From Ignavibacteriales bacterium (GTDB lineage Bacteria; Bacteroidota; Ignavibacteria; UBA10030): a stretch of 64,000 nucleotides of DNA. The notes under the pieces were generated by a model. It was not told the origin of the DNA, did not search any database, and worked only from the letters and a program-made list of their open reading frames with translations. Below, piece after piece: positions 38,405 through 49,669 of the stretch (its first letter is position 1; each line of letters opens with the position of its first letter). The translations under genes were made by a program, and so were the position numbers. The stretch lies in assembly GCA_026390595.1 (NCBI GenBank), contig JAPLFQ010000033.1, positions 26,574 to 90,573 of the forward strand, given 5' to 3'.

Positions 38405-40099
38405 ATGCGATTCTCCAAGGCCTTCATCCCCACTCAGAAGGAAACTCCTGCTGACGCGACCATTCCAAGTCACCAACTCATGCTCCGGGCGGGGCTCATG
38501 CGCCAGCTCACCGCAGGAATTTATTCATTTCTGCCGCTCGGGTACCGATCGATGCTCAAGGCGATGCAAATCGTACGCGAAGAAATGAATGCAATCGGGG
38601 GTCAGGAGTTCTATCTGCCTGCCCTTAATCCCGAATCGCTTTGGATTCAGACGGGTCGCCGGAACATTCCGAACTTCATTCTGAGCATCAAGGAGCGGGA
38701 TCTCGTTCTTGCCCCAACGCACGAAGAAGTTATTGCCTGGATCGCCTCCATGCACATCCAGTCATACAAGGACTTGCCACAGATATGGTACCAGATACAA
38801 ACGAAGTTCAGGAACGAACCGCGGCCGCGATCAGGAGTCTTGAGAGGCAGGCAGTTCATCATGAAGGATTCCTATACGCTTGACACGACCTGGGAGGGGC
38901 TCGACAAGGGATATGAGGCTCATGCACAGGCGTATCGAAGTATTTTTGCCCGCTGTGGATTGAAATTCTTCGTGGTCGGTGCCTCCAGCGGCGCGATGGG
39001 GGGGACGGGATCGCAAGAATTCATGGTCGAGTCTGATTCTGGTGAGGATACAGTTGTCCTTTGCGAGAAGTGCGGCTATGCCGCCAACCTGGAAGTTGCA
39101 GGCTCGAGAATCCCGGCAGCCGGACGAGACGGTGACAGCAAGCCGAGTGCAGACATTCATACGCCAAATGTCCATACCATTGATGAGCTGGCCGCATTCT
39201 TGAAGGTTGACAGAGCGCGACTCGCGAAATCCCTGGTCTATCGTCACAATGGAAATCCCCTCCTCATCCTCATGGTTGGTAATGACCAGCTGAACGAATC
39301 GAAACTCACCTCTGCGCTGGGAGGCGGCGAGTTCCGCGCAATGGAGGCAGAAGAGCTCAAGGCTCTCACAGGAGCAGACGCGGGTTCGATTGGCCCTATC
39401 GGTTTGAAAGGATTTCGCATCATTGCGGACAAGAGACTTGAGGGCGCCAACAACCTGATCAGTGGCGCGAACCGAAACGACTACCATTTAGGCAACATCG
39501 ACATCGCTCGTGATGTCGCAGTCGAGGGCTACTTCGATCTGAGAACTGTTGAACCAGGCGAAACGTGCTCGGCGTGCGGATCGCCGCTGAAAATCTCCAA
39601 CGCGATCGAGCTGGGACATATCTTCAAGCTAGGCACGAAGTACGCCGATGCGCTCAACGTCACGTTTCTGGACGAGGGGGGACAGGCCAAGCCTGTGATC
39701 ATGGGCAGCTATGGCATCGGAATCGAACGAATCATCGCGTGCGCCATCGAACAGAACCATGATGCCGACGGCATTATCTGGGATCCATCGCTTGCTCCGT
39801 ATCTGGTACACGTCATTGCCATCAACATGAATAACGAAGATGTCGTCCTGCATTCCAATCAGGCATACAAATCGTTGAATGAGGCGGGGCTTGACGCTCT
39901 CTTCGACGATCGTACGAACGTCTCGCCCGGATTCAAATTCAAGGACGCCGATCTGCTTGGCATGCCAATCCAGGTCATTGTCGGCGACAAAGGGCTCAAG
40001 AACGGTCAGTATGAAGTGAAGGTGCGCCGCACAAAAGAACGATCAATGGTTCCGATCGCCGACCTTATCCCGACTGTCAAAAAGTTGTTGTCCATGTAG
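38405..40099 (+). CDS. proS: Prolyl-tRNA synthetase (bacterial type)
   Basis: 564 aa. Class II aaRS motifs and an INS editing domain. The N-terminus (MRFSKAFIPTQKETPADATIPSHQLMLRAGLMRQ) matches ProRS. Confidence 0.9.
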   Translation: MRFSKAFIPTQKETPADATIPSHQLMLRAGLMRQLTAGIYSFLPLGYRSMLKAMQIVREEMNAIGGQEFYLPALNPESLWIQTGRRNIPNFILSIKERDLVLAPTHEEVIAWIASMHIQSYKDLPQIWYQIQTKFRNEPRPRSGVLRGRQFIMKDSYTLDTTWEGLDKGYEAHAQAYRSIFARCGLKFFVVGASSGAMGGTGSQEFMVESDSGEDTVVLCEKCGYAANLEVAGSRIPAAGRDGDSKPSADIHTPNVHTIDELAAFLKVDRARLAKSLVYRHNGNPLLILMVGNDQLNESKLTSALGGGEFRAMEAEELKALTGADAGSIGPIGLKGFRIIADKRLEGANNLISGANRNDYHLGNIDIARDVAVEGYFDLRTVEPGETCSACGSPLKISNAIELGHIFKLGTKYADALNVTFLDEGGQAKPVIMGSYGIGIERIIACAIEQNHDADGIIWDPSLAPYLVHVIAINMNNEDVVLHSNQAYKSLNEAGLDALFDDRTNVSPGFKFKDADLLGMPIQVIVGDKGLKNGQYEVKVRRTKERSMVPIADLIPTVKKLLSM

Positions 40100-40105
40100 A
40101 GTGCT

Positions 40106-41539
40106 ATGCCTACGCCAGCCTCACCGTGCTACATTGGAGGCGAGTGGAAGGGAACATCGACCGAAGACAGATTCGTCGAGATTCTCAATCCGTTCGACAA
40201 TTCTCTCGTGGGGAAGGTATCCCTCGCAAACGAGGTTGACATTGACACAGCGGTAGAGCGCGCACAGGAGGGGTTCGAAAAAACCAGGGTTCTCCACAGC
40301 CACGAGCGGTATGATATCCTGTCCGCGATTGCTGCAGGGATCAGGGAGCAGAAGGAAGAATTTGCACTCGGCCTCGTAGCAGAAGTTGGAAAGCCGATAT
40401 CAGCGGCCAGGGTCGAAATCGAAAGATCCATCACCACCTTTCAATATGCCGCGGAGGAGTCGAGAAGACTTGGCGGAGATGTGATTCCCCTCGATATTGC
40501 TTCGGCTGGGCAGGGCCGATTTGGCGTCATTCGGCGCTTTCCGCTTGGGGTTGTTCTTGGAATCTCGCCTTTCAATTTTCCCCTCAATCTCGTTGCACAT
40601 AAGGTCGCACCGGCTATTGCGAGCGGCAACGCGTTCCTGCTGAAACCGGCAACGCAGGCCTCCTTGACGAGTCTTCGCTTGGCAAAGATCATTGAATCTT
40701 CAGGGTATCCTCGCGAGGCATTCAGTGTCATCCCGTGCACCAATTCGCTCGCCGAGCGGCTCGTCCAGGATGAGCGAATCAAATTGTTCAGCTTCACAGG
40801 GAGCCCTGCGGTTGGATGGACCTTAAAGTCCAAAGCAGGGAAGAAGAAGGTTGTTCTGGAATTGGGAGGGAACGCCGGCGTTATCGTGGACCGCTCTGCG
40901 GACATTGAAGTGGCTGTGAAGAAAAACCTGCTCGGCTCTTTCATCTACTCGGGTCAAGTCTGTATCAAGGTTCAGCGAATCTATGTGCATCACGACATTT
41001 TCGATGAATACCTCAGACGTTTTCTCGATGCTGCACGACAACTCCGTGTCGGCAATCCGCTTGATCCGGAAACGGTCGCAGGTCCGGTCATCAACTCCGA
41101 GTCCGTCGACAGAATCATCTCCTGGGTCGAGGAAGCGAAAGAATTGGGCGCGAAGGTCCTCCTCGGCGGAGGACACGTGGGCAGGGTCATTGAACCGACG
41201 GTGCTCATAGATGTTTCGCCGGAAGCTAAAGTCTTCTGTACCGAGGTGTTTGGACCCGTGGTGACACTGCACAAATTCCATACAATCGAGCAAGCCGTTG
41301 CCGGGGTGAACGATTCGCGATATGGTCTGCAGGCAGGGTTGTTTTCAAACGACTATCGGAATATTCTCTATGCGTACAATCACCTCGACGTGGGAGCTGT
41401 CATCATCAACGAGAACCCGACATTCAGAGTTGACAACATGCCGTACGGAGGGGTCAAAGACTCTGGATTCGGGCGTGAGGGAGTTCGCTACGCCATTGAA
41501 GAGATGACAGAGCCCAAGATGCTCGCTCTTGGAGTCTGA
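40106..41539 (+). CDS. NAD(P)+-dependent aldehyde dehydrogenase family protein
   Basis: ELGGNAGVIV (catalytic Glu motif), IYSGQVCIKV (catalytic Cys region) and the C-terminal ENPTFRVDNMPYGGVKDSGFGREG motif. Confidence 0.85.
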   Translation: MPTPASPCYIGGEWKGTSTEDRFVEILNPFDNSLVGKVSLANEVDIDTAVERAQEGFEKTRVLHSHERYDILSAIAAGIREQKEEFALGLVAEVGKPISAARVEIERSITTFQYAAEESRRLGGDVIPLDIASAGQGRFGVIRRFPLGVVLGISPFNFPLNLVAHKVAPAIASGNAFLLKPATQASLTSLRLAKIIESSGYPREAFSVIPCTNSLAERLVQDERIKLFSFTGSPAVGWTLKSKAGKKKVVLELGGNAGVIVDRSADIEVAVKKNLLGSFIYSGQVCIKVQRIYVHHDIFDEYLRRFLDAARQLRVGNPLDPETVAGPVINSESVDRIISWVEEAKELGAKVLLGGGHVGRVIEPTVLIDVSPEAKVFCTEVFGPVVTLHKFHTIEQAVAGVNDSRYGLQAGLFSNDYRNILYAYNHLDVGAVIINENPTFRVDNMPYGGVKDSGFGREGVRYAIEEMTEPKMLALGV

Positions 41540-41627
41540 TCACAACCGCTGTTGACTCCCGGCTTAGTACTTCGTACTCTCTGCTTGGTCCACCAGCTTC
41601 CACTCATGTAGTATCATCCTGTTGAGT

Positions 41628-44600
41628 ATGCCTGAATTCGTTCACATTCACAATCATTCCCACTACAGCCTCCTGGACGGCGCATCAACCGTTGAGACTC
41701 TGATCGGAGCAGCTGTGCAGAACAAGATGTCTGCAGTTGCCTTGACGGATCATGGAGTCATGTTCGGGGCGTTGGAGTTTTACAAGAAGGCGAAAAAGGC
41801 AGGCATCAAGCCTATCGTTGGCTGCGAGGCGTACATCGTGACGCGTGGGAGCCGGTTTGACAAATCGCTTCAATCTGAGAAGTCAAGCCAGGGGCAGGGA
41901 CGCGGAATCTATCACCACATCCTCCTTCTCGCAAAAGACGAACGCGGGTACAGAAACCTCCTCAAGCTCGTGACCCTGGGTCATACGGAGGGATACTACT
42001 ACAAACCCAGGATCGATGTAGAACTCCTCAGTCAGTACAAGGAGGGGATCATCGCCACTTCCGCATGTCCGGGCGGTGTGGTTGGCTCGCAATTGGTAAA
42101 TGGGAATTATGACGAGGCAAGAACAGTCGCTGGTGTATACAAAGACATTTTTGGCGATGATTTCTATGTCGAAATCCAGAACCACGGGCTCGAGGTGGAA
42201 AAACCGATTCTGGAAAACGCGCCCCGCATAGCGCGGGAGCTGGGCCTCAAGCTTGTCGGGACAAATGACTGTCACTACATCCAGGCAGGGCACGCGATGG
42301 CGCACAACATCATGCTCTGCATACCGGATGCGACAAGCACATATTCCCCGGAATACAAGACACTGCGCTATGGTACTGATCAGCTCTACTTCAAGTCCAC
42401 GGCAGAGATGACCCGTGCATTCAAAGACTTTCCCCAGGCGATCACTTCGACACTCGAGATAGCAGAGAAATGCAATCTGACGCTCGATTTGAAGAAGAAC
42501 CACATGCCGCAGTTTCCCATTCCGAAAGAAGAAGGGATCACTTCTCTCGAGGATTATCTCGACAAGTTGTCACGGGAGGGGATATCCAGGCGCTACCCTA
42601 CCAGGACGCCCCAAATAGACTCCCGGCTGGAACACGAACTCGCTGTCATCAAGCGCATGGGATATGCCGGCTACTTCCTGATCGTGCAGGACTTCATCAA
42701 CGCGGCTCGCAGCATGGGAATTCGTGTCGGCCCGGGGCGAGGCAGCGCCGCTGGCAGCATTGTTTCCTATGCACTCGGAATCACAGACGTCGATCCGCTG
42801 CATTTTGACCTCCTCTTTGAGCGCTTCCTCAACCCCGATCGCGTGAGCATGCCTGACATCGATGTCGATTTTGCTGACGACAAGCGAGATCAGGTAATCA
42901 ACTACGTCAAAAATAAGTACGGGGAACATTCGGTCGCCCAGATTGTCACCTTTGGTACTCTCTCCACGCGTGCCGTCCTTAAAGATGTCGGCCGAGTACT
43001 GGGCGTCCCGCTCAGTACCATCGATCCGTTGACGAAACACATCCCGGTGGTCCTTGGAAAGGTGACGCCGCTCGCAGAAGCCCTCGAGTCCGTCCCCGAA
43101 CTCAAGACGATCAAGGAGACCGGGGACGACAAGATCCGTCTTATGATCGACGCAGGCCTCGTGCTTGAGGGCATGAACAGGAATGTCTCGACGCACGCCG
43201 CTGGTATAGTCATTGCGCCAGGAGATATCAGCGATTACGTTCCGATGTACAAGACGCCGCAAACTGACCTGATGACCCAGTACAACATGAAGGATCTGGA
43301 GGAGGCCGGCCTCCTTAAGATGGACTTCCTGGGTCTGCGGACGCTTACAGTGATCGACAATGCTCTTCGACTGATCAAAACAAACCACGGCGTCGACATC
43401 GACCTCGACCGTCTCCCGGTTGATGATCCGGCGACGCTTGCGTTGTTCTGTAACGGACAGACGGTTGCTGTTTTTCAGTTTGAAAGTTCCGGAATGACGG
43501 ACTACCTGCGCAAGCTCAAGCCCACATCGATTCATGATCTCGTGGCAATGAACGCGCTATATCGGCCGGGTCCGATGGAGAACATACCGGACTTCATCGA
43601 CCGCAAGCATGGCAGGAAGAAGATCGAGTACATCCATCCGAGTTTAGAGCCCATCCTGAAGGAAACGTACGGGATCATTGTCTATCAGGAGCAGGTCATC
43701 AAGATCGCGAGCGAGATAGGCGGACTGAGTCTTGCCCAGGCGGATTTGCTGCGCCGTGCCATGGGGAAGAAAGACAAAGAGCTCATGGCCAGGCAGAAAA
43801 AGGAGTTCGTTGAGGGGGCAGTGCTGAAGTCTATCGACCGGAGAACTGCCGGGGACATCTTCGATTTGATCGAGAAGTTCGCTTCGTACGGTTTCAACAA
43901 GTCGCATAGCGTCGCGTATTCAGTCCTTGCCTATCAGACTGCCTACCTGAAAGCGCATTATGCGCCTGAATACATGGCTGCGACGATGACAAGCGAAGTG
44001 TCGGACACGGACAAGATCGTTGTCCTGACTGACGATTGCAGGAAGCTTGGCATTCCCGTGCTGCCGCCCGACGTGAATGAAGGAGATGTTACGTTCGTTG
44101 TGAAGCAGCAGGCAATCAGGTTCGGCTTGAGTGCCATCAAGAATGTTGGAGTGAGTGCGGTGGAGGCGATTGTGCGAACCCGGACTGACAAAGGCCAGTT
44201 CGTGGATATTTTCGATTTCTGCGCAAGGGTCGATTTGCGTCTCGTGAACAAGAAGACGATGGAAAGCCTGATTCAGGCCGGTGCGTTTGATTCACTGCAC
44301 GTGAATCGTGCGCAGTTGTTTGAAAGTGTGGAGAAAGCAGTCGGGCACGGCCAGAACGCCCAGGAGCATTCAGGAAAGGGACAGTCGAACCTCTTCGAGA
44401 CGAGCATTGCGAAAGTCGATATGCGACCATCGCTGCCGAATACTGAGGCATGGAAGGAGCCTGAGATTCTTGCCCGCGAAAAGGCTGTTCTCGGGTTCTA
44501 TTTGTCCGGTCATCCGCTGGACAAGTATCGCGATGAGATTGAGGCCTTCGCGAATACCCGCCTGGGAAACAGTGCAGGTTTCAAACCGAATTCGACCGTA

Positions 44601-45092
44601 CGGGCGTGTGGAATTGTGGCTGGGGTGAAAAGAAAGATCGACAAGAAGGGGAACACGATGGCCTTCGTGACGCTCGAGGATTTTACCGGCAAGGCGGACT
44701 GCATTGTGTTCTCAGACCCATTTCAGAAGTACGCCAAAATCCTCAACCCGGATTCCATGGTCATGGTCATCGGGAAAGGAGAAACAACGGGGGATCTCCT
44801 GAAAATCCTCGTGAATGAGGTGATACCGATGGAAAACGTTCGTGACCGATTTACCAAGAGTATCGCACTCTCAGTGAACCTCGATGTCGTCAGCGAGCAA
44901 ATGGTTCTGGAACTCCGGACCATTATGGAACGCCATCGCGGTAAGTGCGCATGCTACGTTAGCGTGCTTGGTGGCGGTTTATCTAAGAATTCAGTATATT
45001 TATTGAAGAATTTGAGCGTTGAACCGAGCGCACAGTTCCTCCGCCTGGTAAAACAGCTGTTGGGCCCGGCGTCTGTTCGGTTGCAAGGTTGA
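41628..45092 (+). CDS. dnaE: DNA polymerase III alpha subunit
   Basis: PHP domain start [18 protein letters not shown]. Polymerase core motifs. 1154 aa. The ATG at 41628 was taken instead of the TTG at 41622. Confidence 0.9.
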   Translation: MPEFVHIHNHSHYSLLDGASTVETLIGAAVQNKMSAVALTDHGVMFGALEFYKKAKKAGIKPIVGCEAYIVTRGSRFDKSLQSEKSSQGQGRGIYHHILLLAKDERGYRNLLKLVTLGHTEGYYYKPRIDVELLSQYKEGIIATSACPGGVVGSQLVNGNYDEARTVAGVYKDIFGDDFYVEIQNHGLEVEKPILENAPRIARELGLKLVGTNDCHYIQAGHAMAHNIMLCIPDATSTYSPEYKTLRYGTDQLYFKSTAEMTRAFKDFPQAITSTLEIAEKCNLTLDLKKNHMPQFPIPKEEGITSLEDYLDKLSREGISRRYPTRTPQIDSRLEHELAVIKRMGYAGYFLIVQDFINAARSMGIRVGPGRGSAAGSIVSYALGITDVDPLHFDLLFERFLNPDRVSMPDIDVDFADDKRDQVINYVKNKYGEHSVAQIVTFGTLSTRAVLKDVGRVLGVPLSTIDPLTKHIPVVLGKVTPLAEALESVPELKTIKETGDDKIRLMIDAGLVLEGMNRNVSTHAAGIVIAPGDISDYVPMYKTPQTDLMTQYNMKDLEEAGLLKMDFLGLRTLTVIDNALRLIKTNHGVDIDLDRLPVDDPATLALFCNGQTVAVFQFESSGMTDYLRKLKPTSIHDLVAMNALYRPGPMENIPDFIDRKHGRKKIEYIHPSLEPILKETYGIIVYQEQVIKIASEIGGLSLAQADLLRRAMGKKDKELMARQKKEFVEGAVLKSIDRRTAGDIFDLIEKFASYGFNKSHSVAYSVLAYQTAYLKAHYAPEYMAATMTSEVSDTDKIVVLTDDCRKLGIPVLPPDVNEGDVTFVVKQQAIRFGLSAIKNVGVSAVEAIVRTRTDKGQFVDIFDFCARVDLRLVNKKTMESLIQAGAFDSLHVNRAQLFESVEKAVGHGQNAQEHSGKGQSNLFETSIAKVDMRPSLPNTEAWKEPEILAREKAVLGFYLSGHPLDKYRDEIEAFANTRLGNSAGFKPNSTVRACGIVAGVKRKIDKKGNTMAFVTLEDFTGKADCIVFSDPFQKYAKILNPDSMVMVIGKGETTGDLLKILVNEVIPMENVRDRFTKSIALSVNLDVVSEQMVLELRTIMERHRGKCACYVSVLGGGLSKNSVYLLKNLSVEPSAQFLRLVKQLLGPASVRLQG

Positions 45093-45114
45093 ATCTCGAA
45101 AGGAAGGTCTATCG

Positions 45115-45438
45115 ATGAAGCCGATTGAAATAACAGATGCAAATTTCAAACAAGAGGTTCTGGATTCTCAGACCCCTGTCCTGGTTGATTTCTGGGCAGA
45201 GTGGTGCGGGCCTTGCAAGATGATTGCTCCTGTTGTAGAGCAGATTGCGAATGACTTTGCAGGAAAACTGAAGGTGGGGAAGGTCGATGTGGATTCGAAT
45301 CAGCAGACGTCGATGCAGTTTGGCATCCGCAGCATTCCCACGCTCCTTATCTTCAAAAACGGGAAGGTTGTGGAGCAGATAGTCGGCGCAGTTCCGAAAC
45401 AGGCACTTACTGACAAGGTGACGAAACACCTGAATTGA
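45115..45438 (+). CDS. trxA: Thioredoxin
   Basis: [13 protein letters not shown] active site. 107 aa. Confidence 0.9.
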   Translation: MKPIEITDANFKQEVLDSQTPVLVDFWAEWCGPCKMIAPVVEQIANDFAGKLKVGKVDVDSNQQTSMQFGIRSIPTLLIFKNGKVVEQIVGAVPKQALTDKVTKHLN

Positions 45439-45454
45439 CGACCATTCACTATAT

Positions 45455-45495
45455 GCGAGAGGTCTGCGGAGACGCGGCTTCTCGCATTTTTGTTT
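45455..45495 (+). terminator. Rho-independent terminator after trxA
   Basis: GCGAGAGG...CTTCTCGC hairpin followed by ATTTTTGTTT. Confidence 0.55.
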
Positions 45496-45527
45496 CTATT
45501 GCAAGAACAGGCTAAAGGGCTATCCCG

Positions 45528-47294
45528 GTGAGTACATACAAGAAACGGACCTTCACGTGCGGCGCGTTGAGAACATCTGACATTGGTACAACGGTCACGC
45601 TCAATGGATGGGTCGCTGTCCGGCGCGACCTCGGAGGCGTCATTTTTATCGACCTGCGCGATCGCTATGGAATTACACAGGTCGTGTTTGCACCACAGCA
45701 CAACAGCCAGGCGCATGAACTCGCACAAAGCCTGCGTTCGGAGTTTGTCATTTCTGTGACAGGCAAAGTCGAGCTGCGTCCCCAAGGGACAACAAATCCG
45801 GAAATCGCAACGGGCGAAATCGATGTCGCGGGCCTCGAACTGACAATCCTGAACAAGTCGGAAACTCCTCCTTTCCCGATTGAAAACGATCTCGAGGTGA
45901 ACGAAGACCTTCGCCTTCGATACAGGTACCTGGATCTGCGCCGGCCTTCCATGCAGCAGAATCTCATCACCCGCCATCGTGTCTACCAGGTCACCCGCTC
46001 GTACTATGATCGGAACGGATTCATCGAAATCGAAACTCCCATTCTCATGAAGAGCACTCCCGAAGGGGCCAGAGATTATCTCGTCCCCAGCCGGGTGCAC
46101 CGCGGTAAGTTCTATGCTCTGCCGCAATCACCGCAGACGTATAAACAGATCCTGATGGTCGCGGGGTTTGACCGGTATTTTCAGATTGTGAAATGCTTCC
46201 GCGACGAAGACCTTCGCGCTGATCGTCAGATGGAGTTCACTCAGATCGACGTCGAGATGTCGTTCGTCGACGAAGACGACGTGCTGACAATGACTGAAGG
46301 ACTCATCGTCGATATGTGGAAGGACCTTCAGGGTGTGGCCCTGCATGCCCCGTTCCGGCGACTGACGTACAAGGAGGCGATGGAGCGATATGGGAGCGAC
46401 AAGCCTGATACGCGGTTCGGACTCGAAATTGCGGACTGTTCAGGTGCCGTGGCCGAGAGCGGTTTCAGGGTCTTTAGTGATACGGTGAAAAAGGGGGGAG
46501 TCGTTGCCGGCTTCGCGATACAGGGACTCTCCGATTATACGCGCAATCAACTCGACGGCCTCACGGATCTGGCGAAGTCTCTCGGAGCCGGAGGACTCGT
46601 TTATGTGAAATGCCACGCAGAGAAGATAGAGTCGTCTGTGGACAAGTTCGTGAAGCCGGATGAAGTAAAGGCAATCGCCAATGCTGTTGGAGCGAAGACA
46701 GGAGATCTCATACTGCTGGTTTCCGGACCGTGGCAGAAGACACTTACCATTCTGGGATCCCTCCGGCTCGAGATGGCAAACCGGCTCAAGCTCGTTCCGC
46801 CAGACAAATGGGATTTCCTCTGGGTTACGGATTTCCCGTTGCTCGAATACAGCGAGGAAGAGAAACGCTTCGTGGCTGTCCACCATCCATTTACTTCACC
46901 AAAGCCGGAAGATGTTTCGCTGCTCGATACAGATCCTGGTAAGGCCCGCGCGCGCGCGTACGATCTGGTATTGAACGGAAACGAAATCGCCGGGGGCAGC
47001 ATCAGAATCGCGGACTCTGATTTGCAGAGCAAGATGTTTGCACTCTTGGGCATCAACGCCGAGGAGGCTCAATTGAGGTTTGGCTTCATGCTCGACGCCT
47101 TCAAATTCGGGGCCCCGCCGCATGGTGGAATAGCGTACGGGCTGGATCGCATCGTGATGTTGCTGACGGGTCAGAAATCGATTCGGGACGTCATCGCATT
47201 TCCCAAGACGGCGAGCGCTACTTCCCTCATGGATGATTGCCCCTCGACAGTCGACAAGAAGCAGCTCGATGAGTTGCACATACGAGTTGTCTAA
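45528..47294 (+). CDS. aspS: Aspartyl-tRNA synthetase
   Basis: 588 aa. N-terminal OB anticodon-binding region (RTFTCGALRTSDIGTTVTLNGWV). Class II motifs, FRDEDLRADRQ, GAPPHGGIAYGLDR. GTG start. Confidence 0.9.
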   Translation: MSTYKKRTFTCGALRTSDIGTTVTLNGWVAVRRDLGGVIFIDLRDRYGITQVVFAPQHNSQAHELAQSLRSEFVISVTGKVELRPQGTTNPEIATGEIDVAGLELTILNKSETPPFPIENDLEVNEDLRLRYRYLDLRRPSMQQNLITRHRVYQVTRSYYDRNGFIEIETPILMKSTPEGARDYLVPSRVHRGKFYALPQSPQTYKQILMVAGFDRYFQIVKCFRDEDLRADRQMEFTQIDVEMSFVDEDDVLTMTEGLIVDMWKDLQGVALHAPFRRLTYKEAMERYGSDKPDTRFGLEIADCSGAVAESGFRVFSDTVKKGGVVAGFAIQGLSDYTRNQLDGLTDLAKSLGAGGLVYVKCHAEKIESSVDKFVKPDEVKAIANAVGAKTGDLILLVSGPWQKTLTILGSLRLEMANRLKLVPPDKWDFLWVTDFPLLEYSEEEKRFVAVHHPFTSPKPEDVSLLDTDPGKARARAYDLVLNGNEIAGGSIRIADSDLQSKMFALLGINAEEAQLRFGFMLDAFKFGAPPHGGIAYGLDRIVMLLTGQKSIRDVIAFPKTASATSLMDDCPSTVDKKQLDELHIRVV

Positions 47295-47307
47295 TTGAAA
47301 TCTGATT

Positions 47308-48409
47308 ATGTTCGAAGATCTTAAAGACAAGTTGGCCGAGCAGCAGAAGCGACTCGCGTCGCTGAGGGGGTATCTTTGACCTCGACAGCAAGCTCGTCGA
47401 CATCGGGAAACTCCAGGCCAGAACGCACGAGCAGGATTTCTGGAATGATAACGTTTCCGCTCAAAAAATACTGCAAGAGATAAACTCGAAGAAGGAATGG
47501 GTGACCGGCTGGGAGAAGCTGAACGCACTTGCGCAGGATACGGGAACTCTCATCGAGCTCGCCGAGGAATCGAATGAGAAAGGGATGGGGGAAGAGATCA
47601 ATGCCGAACTCAAGAAGCTGGACACGGAAATTGAACGCCTCGAACTCAAGAACATGCTCGGTGGCGTCGACGATGCAAAAAACGCTATCCTTGTCATTCA
47701 CTCTGGAGCTGGCGGGACGGAATCTCAGGATTGGGCGGAAATGCTTCTGCGGATGTACACCCGATGGTGCGAACGAAGCGGATTCAAGGTAAGCCTCGCC
47801 GACATTCTTGAAGGAGAAGGTGCCGGGATCAAAAGCGCGACTGTGGAAGTCCTCGGCCAGTTCGCGTACGGATACCTCAAAGCGGAAAACGGAGTGCATC
47901 GGCTCGTGCGCATTTCTCCGTTCGACGCAAACGCGAGGAGACACACGTCATTTGCTTCGGTGTTTGTGTATCCCGAAATTGAGGACGACGTAGAAATTGA
48001 AATTAATGTCGTCGATCTTAGGATCGACACGTTTCGATCGGGTGGCAAAGGGGGACAGAACGTCAACAAAGTCGAGACTGCGGTTCGTATCACGCACCTT
48101 CCGTCGGGAATTGTCGTCGCGTGCCAGCAGGAACGGTCGCAGTTCCAGAACAAGGAACGCGCGATGAAAATGCTGAAGTCGAGGTTGTATCAGCTCAGGC
48201 GGGAAGAGGAGGAGGCGCGACTCAGCGCCATCGAAAGCACCAAGAAGAAGATAGAATGGGGAAGTCAGATCCGCTCGTATACGTTTCAACCTTATACGCT
48301 TGTGAAAGACCACAGGACCGGGGTTGAATCCAGCGATGTGCACGGAGTGATGGATGGGGAGATCGACGCATTCATTCGCAGCTATCTTCTCGAAGGGGCG
48401 AAAAAGTAG
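47308..48409 (+). CDS. prfB: Peptide chain release factor 2, expressed via programmed +1 ribosomal frameshift at CTT TGA C (47374-47380)
   Basis: Frame 0 reads [23 protein letters not shown], with an in-frame TGA at 47377. Shifting +1 after CTT gives [13 protein letters not shown]... and continues into the ORF ending at 48409 (SPF-type RF2 body, GGQ motif [25 protein letters not shown]). An SD-like AGGGGG lies 3 nt upstream of CTT. Confidence 0.85.
47365..47380 (+). other. RF2 autoregulatory recoding site: internal SD-like AGGGGG + slippery CUU + UGA C
   Basis: AGG GGG TAT CTT TGA C matches the canonical prfB frameshift cassette. Confidence 0.8.
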
Positions 48410-48445
48410 TCGTTCCTTCGGGAACCTGTTGAGAACTCACACACG

Positions 48446-49669
48446 ATGCCCATATCCATTTTCATAGCGCTCCGATATCTCAGATCCCGACGACACAGGG
48501 GTTTCATCTCGTTCATTACCGTTATCGCCGTGGTCGGCGTCACTCTCGGAGTGGCGGCTCTCATCATTACGCTCTCTGTGCTCGGAGGCTTCGAACGCAC
48601 GATCAAGGAAAATGTGATCAGTTTTACGGCCCATCTTCAGCTGATAAGCTTTCAGAACCAACTCCTCCCAAATCCCAACAAGACGACCGAAATCGTTCTT
48701 TCAGAGTATCCAGAAGTGAAAAACATCGCTCCATTCCTCTCCCGGGAGGGGATGATCCGTTCTGCAAACGGTACAGATGGGATACTCATCAAAGGTGTCG
48801 ACCCGAAGAACGACATTTCGGCGGCAAAAACAAGGATGGTTGACGGCTTCTACAACCTGGAACAGAAGGAAAGGGGTGTGGAGGGTATCATCCTCGGCCG
48901 TCGTTTGGCACAAAAACTCGAGGTCAAGGTCGGAGACAGGGTGCTGCTTATGTCGTTGGGGGGCTCGTCAGTCTCGCTATCCCAAACGAGGGTAATGCAG
49001 TTTGAAGTCCGCGGTTTGTACGAAACCGGAATGGCAGAGTACGATGAAACTTATACCTATGTCAACCTCAAGAACGCCCAACGCCTGTTTGCCGTGGGGC
49101 CGATGGTGTCAGGATTCGATATATTGGTCTACGATCTGGACAGTCTCCAGAATTTATCGCAGCGGGTCCCTGAGAGACTGGGATATCCCTACTATGCCCG
49201 GACGACATATGAAATGAACCGCAATCTGTTCACGTGGATCGAACTGCAGAAGAAGCCGATTCCCATTATCATTGGGCTGATAATCATCGTTGCCACTGTA
49301 AACATCATCGGGACACTCCTCATGATGGTCATGGAAAAAGGGAAGGAAATCGGGATCCTGCGGGCATTGGGGGCCAATAGAAGAAAACTCACCGGAATAT
49401 TTCTTGCTCAGGGGATGATTATCGCCGTTCTGGGTGTCGTCCTTGGAAACATCATCGCCTTTCTCGTTTGCTGGCTGGAGCTCCATTATCGAATCATCTC
49501 GCTCCCTTCCGGGATATATTTCATGACCCATGTTCCAATTGATCTAAACCCGCTTAACTTCCTTCTTGTCAGCGTCTTGGCTCTCCTTATGTGCTTTCTT
49601 TCATCAATTATTCCGTCGCGGATTGCAGCCCGCCGCGATCCGATACGAATGATCAAATTTGGTTCATGA
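48446..49669 (+). CDS. Lipoprotein-releasing system permease (LolC/LolE, FtsX-like)
   Basis: MacB/FtsX-type topology of 4 TM helices with a large periplasmic loop. N-terminus IALRYLRSRRHRGFISFITVIAVVGVTLGVAALII is typical of LolC/E. Confidence 0.8.
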   Translation: MPISIFIALRYLRSRRHRGFISFITVIAVVGVTLGVAALIITLSVLGGFERTIKENVISFTAHLQLISFQNQLLPNPNKTTEIVLSEYPEVKNIAPFLSREGMIRSANGTDGILIKGVDPKNDISAAKTRMVDGFYNLEQKERGVEGIILGRRLAQKLEVKVGDRVLLMSLGGSSVSLSQTRVMQFEVRGLYETGMAEYDETYTYVNLKNAQRLFAVGPMVSGFDILVYDLDSLQNLSQRVPERLGYPYYARTTYEMNRNLFTWIELQKKPIPIIIGLIIIVATVNIIGTLLMMVMEKGKEIGILRALGANRRKLTGIFLAQGMIIAVLGVVLGNIIAFLVCWLELHYRIISLPSGIYFMTHVPIDLNPLNFLLVSVLALLMCFLSSIIPSRIAARRDPIRMIKFGS

